Shown here piece by piece: positions 61,619 through 64,000 of a stretch of 64,000 nt of DNA. The DNA comes from Bradyrhizobium sp. GTDB lineage: Bacteria > Pseudomonadota > Alphaproteobacteria > Rhizobiales > Xanthobacteraceae. The stretch's first letter is position 1; every line of letters begins with the position of its first letter. Made by a program: the position numbers and the translations under genes. The DNA is taken from NCBI RefSeq assembly GCF_035273305.1, contig NZ_DATEPI010000104.1:4979-68978 (forward strand). Direction: 5' to 3'. The notes beneath the pieces were generated by a model. The model ran no database searches, was not told the DNA's origin, and saw only the letters and a program-made list of their open reading frames with translations.

Positions 61619-63223
61619 TTAAACCGGCTGTTCTTCGGAGACCGCAGCCTCCTTGGCAAGGTCGGCCTCGGTGATCCAGCCGGCGGCGACGCGCGCCTGC
61701 ATGATCATGTTCTCCGCATCATCGCGCGAGATTTCGTTGGTATCGAGAATGCCCGGATGCTTGACCGGCTCGCCACCTTCCTTGCGCTCGGTCCACCCGA
61801 CGAGGTCGTCGGTCGCGCAACCGGCCAAATCCTCCACCGTCTTGATGTCATTCTCGCCGAACTTGACCAGCATCTTCGAGGTCACCCCTGGTACGGTCTT
61901 CAATGCGTCTTCCACTCCAAGTTCCTTGCGTTTGCTTTCGAGCTCACCTTCGAGCTGTTCCAGGTACTCGCGCGCGCGATTTTGCAATTCGTTGGCGGTT
62001 TCGTCGTCAAAGCCTTCAATCGCGGCCAGTTCCTTGACATCGACCAGCGCCAGCTCCTCCACCGAAGTGAAACCTTCAGATGCCAGCAATTGGCCAACGA
62101 CTTCATCGACGTTCAATGCTTCCATGAACACGCGAGTCGAGTTCTCGAAATCGGCCTGCCGCCGTTCGGATTCTTCCTGCTCGGTGAGAATGTCGATATC
62201 CCACCCGGTCAGTTGGGACGCGAGGCGCACGTTCTGGCCGCGCCGGCCGATTGCCAGCGACAATTGATTGTTGGTGTCGGGCACGACAACTTCGATCCGC
62301 TCACGATCTTCATCGATCACAACCTTAGCGACCTCGGCGGGCGCCAGCGCGTTGACGACGAAGGTCGCAATATCCGGCGACCAAGGAATGATGTCGATCT
62401 TTTCGCCTTGCAGTTCATTGACCACCGCCTGCACGCGCGAGCCGCGCATGCCGACGCAGGCGCCGACCGGATCGACGGACGAATCCCGGGAAATCACGCC
62501 AATTTTCGCGCGCGAGCCGGGGTCACGGGCGACGGCCTTGATCTCGACGATGCCGTCATAAATTTCAGGCACTTCCTGCGCGAACAATTTTGCCATGAAC
62601 TGCGGATGGGTGCGCGAGAGAAAGATCTGCGGGCCACGGGTTTCCCGCCGCACGTCAAAAATGTAGGCGCGGACGCGGTCGCCGTTGCGGAACACCTCGC
62701 GCGGCAGCATCTCATCTCGGCGGATAATGGCCTCGCCACGGCCGAGGTCGACGATGACGCTGCCATATTCGACGCGCTTGACGATGCCGTTGACGATGTC
62801 GCCGATGCGATCCTTGAATTCCTGGTACTGCCGGTCGCGCTCGGCCTCGCGCACCTTCTGCACGATAACCTGCTTGGCGGATTGCGCGGCGATGCGGCCG
62901 TACTCGAGCGGCGGCAGCGTATCGGCGATGGTGTCGCCGATCTGAGCTCCGGGATTGGCCCGGCGAGCGTCTTCGAGCGAAATCTGGTTTGATGAATTTT
63001 CGACCTGATCGACCACCAGCATGTGACGCGAGAGGCGCAGTTCGCCCTTCTTGGCGTCGATCTCGGCGTGAACGTCGGTCTCACTGCCGTAGCGGGCGCG
63101 AGCCGCCTTGGCGATGGCGTCCTCCATCGCAGCAATAACGATGCCGCGGTCGATCGATTTTTCGCGCGCGACTGCGTCTGCGATCTGCAGCAGTTCGAGT
63201 TTATTGGCGCTGACAGCTGCCAT
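61619..63223 (-). CDS. nusA: Transcription termination factor NusA
   Basis: S1 and KH domains (ARDPGSRAK, DPVGACVG, AIGRRGQNVRLA) and acidic repeats. Confidence 0.98.
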   Translation of the reverse strand: MAAVSANKLELLQIADAVAREKSIDRGIVIAAMEDAIAKAARARYGSETDVHAEIDAKKGELRLSRHMLVVDQVENSSNQISLEDARRANPGAQIGDTIADTLPPLEYGRIAAQSAKQVIVQKVREAERDRQYQEFKDRIGDIVNGIVKRVEYGSVIVDLGRGEAIIRRDEMLPREVFRNGDRVRAYIFDVRRETRGPQIFLSRTHPQFMAKLFAQEVPEIYDGIVEIKAVARDPGSRAKIGVISRDSSVDPVGACVGMRGSRVQAVVNELQGEKIDIIPWSPDIATFVVNALAPAEVAKVVIDEDRERIEVVVPDTNNQLSLAIGRRGQNVRLASQLTGWDIDILTEQEESERRQADFENSTRVFMEALNVDEVVGQLLASEGFTSVEELALVDVKELAAIEGFDDETANELQNRAREYLEQLEGELESKRKELGVEDALKTVPGVTSKMLVKFGENDIKTVEDLAGCATDDLVGWTERKEGGEPVKHPGILDTNEISRDDAENMIMQARVAAGWITEADLAKEAAVSEEQPV

Positions 63224-63227
63224 GGCT

Positions 63228-63989
63228 TTAGTCTCCTCTGGTGGGATCGGTTTTGCCTTCTCGCAATTTGTCTGCGGCGAGGCGGTGTTGCTTGGTATTC
63301 TTCGGGGCGATCTTGCTCGACTTCAATTTCGGTTTGTTGCTCCTGGAAGCATCGCTTCGCGCTGCATGGGCCGGCGGTGGCGGCTCAAGTCCCAGGCTTT
63401 GGCGCAGCTGGCGTTCCGCGGCCTTTCCGCGCCGCATCGATTCCGCGATCAAGTCGTCAGTCAGCACCAGCCTGGCATCGGCGATATCTTCCATTACCAG
63501 CAGGATGTCATTGTCTTCGCCTGGGCGGGTGTCATCGCGGTGTAGCCGCACGGAGTCGCCTTCGACACCGGCCAGCGTACCACGAAACCGCTTGCGACCG
63601 TCATGCGTAACGGCCATCTCGATTTTGACCAGGTAGCCCGCATAGCGCTCGAAATCCGAGCGGCGCACCAGCGGACGATCGATCCCCGGCGAGGAAATCT
63701 CTAGCCGATATGCGCGATCGATCGGATCGGCGACATCAAGCACGGGCGATAGTGCCTTCGAAATGGCCTCGCAATCCTCGATCTGCATGGATCCGTCCGG
63801 CCGTTCCGCCATGATCTGAACCGTGCAGCCGGACTCTCCCGAAATTTTGATCCGCACCAACCGATAGCCCATTCCTTGCAGCACCGGACCCGCGACTGCC
63901 GATACCCGGGCCGCAACTCCGGGCTCGACCACAAGACGAGGCTCGGTAAGCAGATCAGTGTCCACTGAATCAGTCGTCCGATCGGTCAT
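63228..63989 (-). CDS. rimP: Ribosome maturation factor RimP
   Basis: [27 protein letters not shown]; first gene before nusA. Confidence 0.94.
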   Translation of the reverse strand: MTDRTTDSVDTDLLTEPRLVVEPGVAARVSAVAGPVLQGMGYRLVRIKISGESGCTVQIMAERPDGSMQIEDCEAISKALSPVLDVADPIDRAYRLEISSPGIDRPLVRRSDFERYAGYLVKIEMAVTHDGRKRFRGTLAGVEGDSVRLHRDDTRPGEDNDILLVMEDIADARLVLTDDLIAESMRRGKAAERQLRQSLGLEPPPPAHAARSDASRSNKPKLKSSKIAPKNTKQHRLAADKLREGKTDPTRGD

Positions 63990-64000
63990 ATCCAGCGTCA

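Overview
A GC-rich alphaproteobacterial chromosome segment with Bradyrhizobium/Nitrobacteraceae-like proteins and gene order (taxon inferred, not searched). It is almost entirely core genome: lptC'-lptA-lptB-rpoN-hpf-ptsN; DUF1150/Hsp20; ugpBAEC; a CoA-transferase; tRNA-Ala(GGC); TIGR02300; aroA-cmk-rpsA-sppA-ihfB-lapA-trpFBA-accD-folC; a long minus-strand run ubiE-ubiB-coaBC-dut-divL-tsaE/amgK-pilZ-murU-addB-addA-trxA-ligase; mutM-ggt-moeB; gyaR-like/SH3; irr; fabA-fabB-fabI; GST/GNAT/aquaporin; and rimP-nusA-ylxR-infB-rbfA-truB-rpsO-pnp. I saw no transposase, integrase, prophage or CRISPR array. The most striking item is at 38.0-40.0 kb. CoaBC carries an in-frame N-terminal FitA/Arc-type ribbon-helix-helix (RHH) domain, and the 52-bp gap upstream holds four regularly spaced 8-bp boxes that resemble FitA operator half-sites and overlap a predicted -35/-10. 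This suggests an antitoxin-derived DNA-binding module domesticated to autoregulate coaBC-dut (inference, untested). Other items of note are a CoaC domain lacking the usual catalytic Cys, an aquaporin with an altered ar/R filter, a non-canonical GGT-family enzyme, a ROSE-like thermometer with an RpoH-like promoter, an antisense sigma54 site upstream of rpoN, and a GANTC cluster upstream of divL. Start codons were refined by eye, and all motif alignments are from memory of reference proteins.
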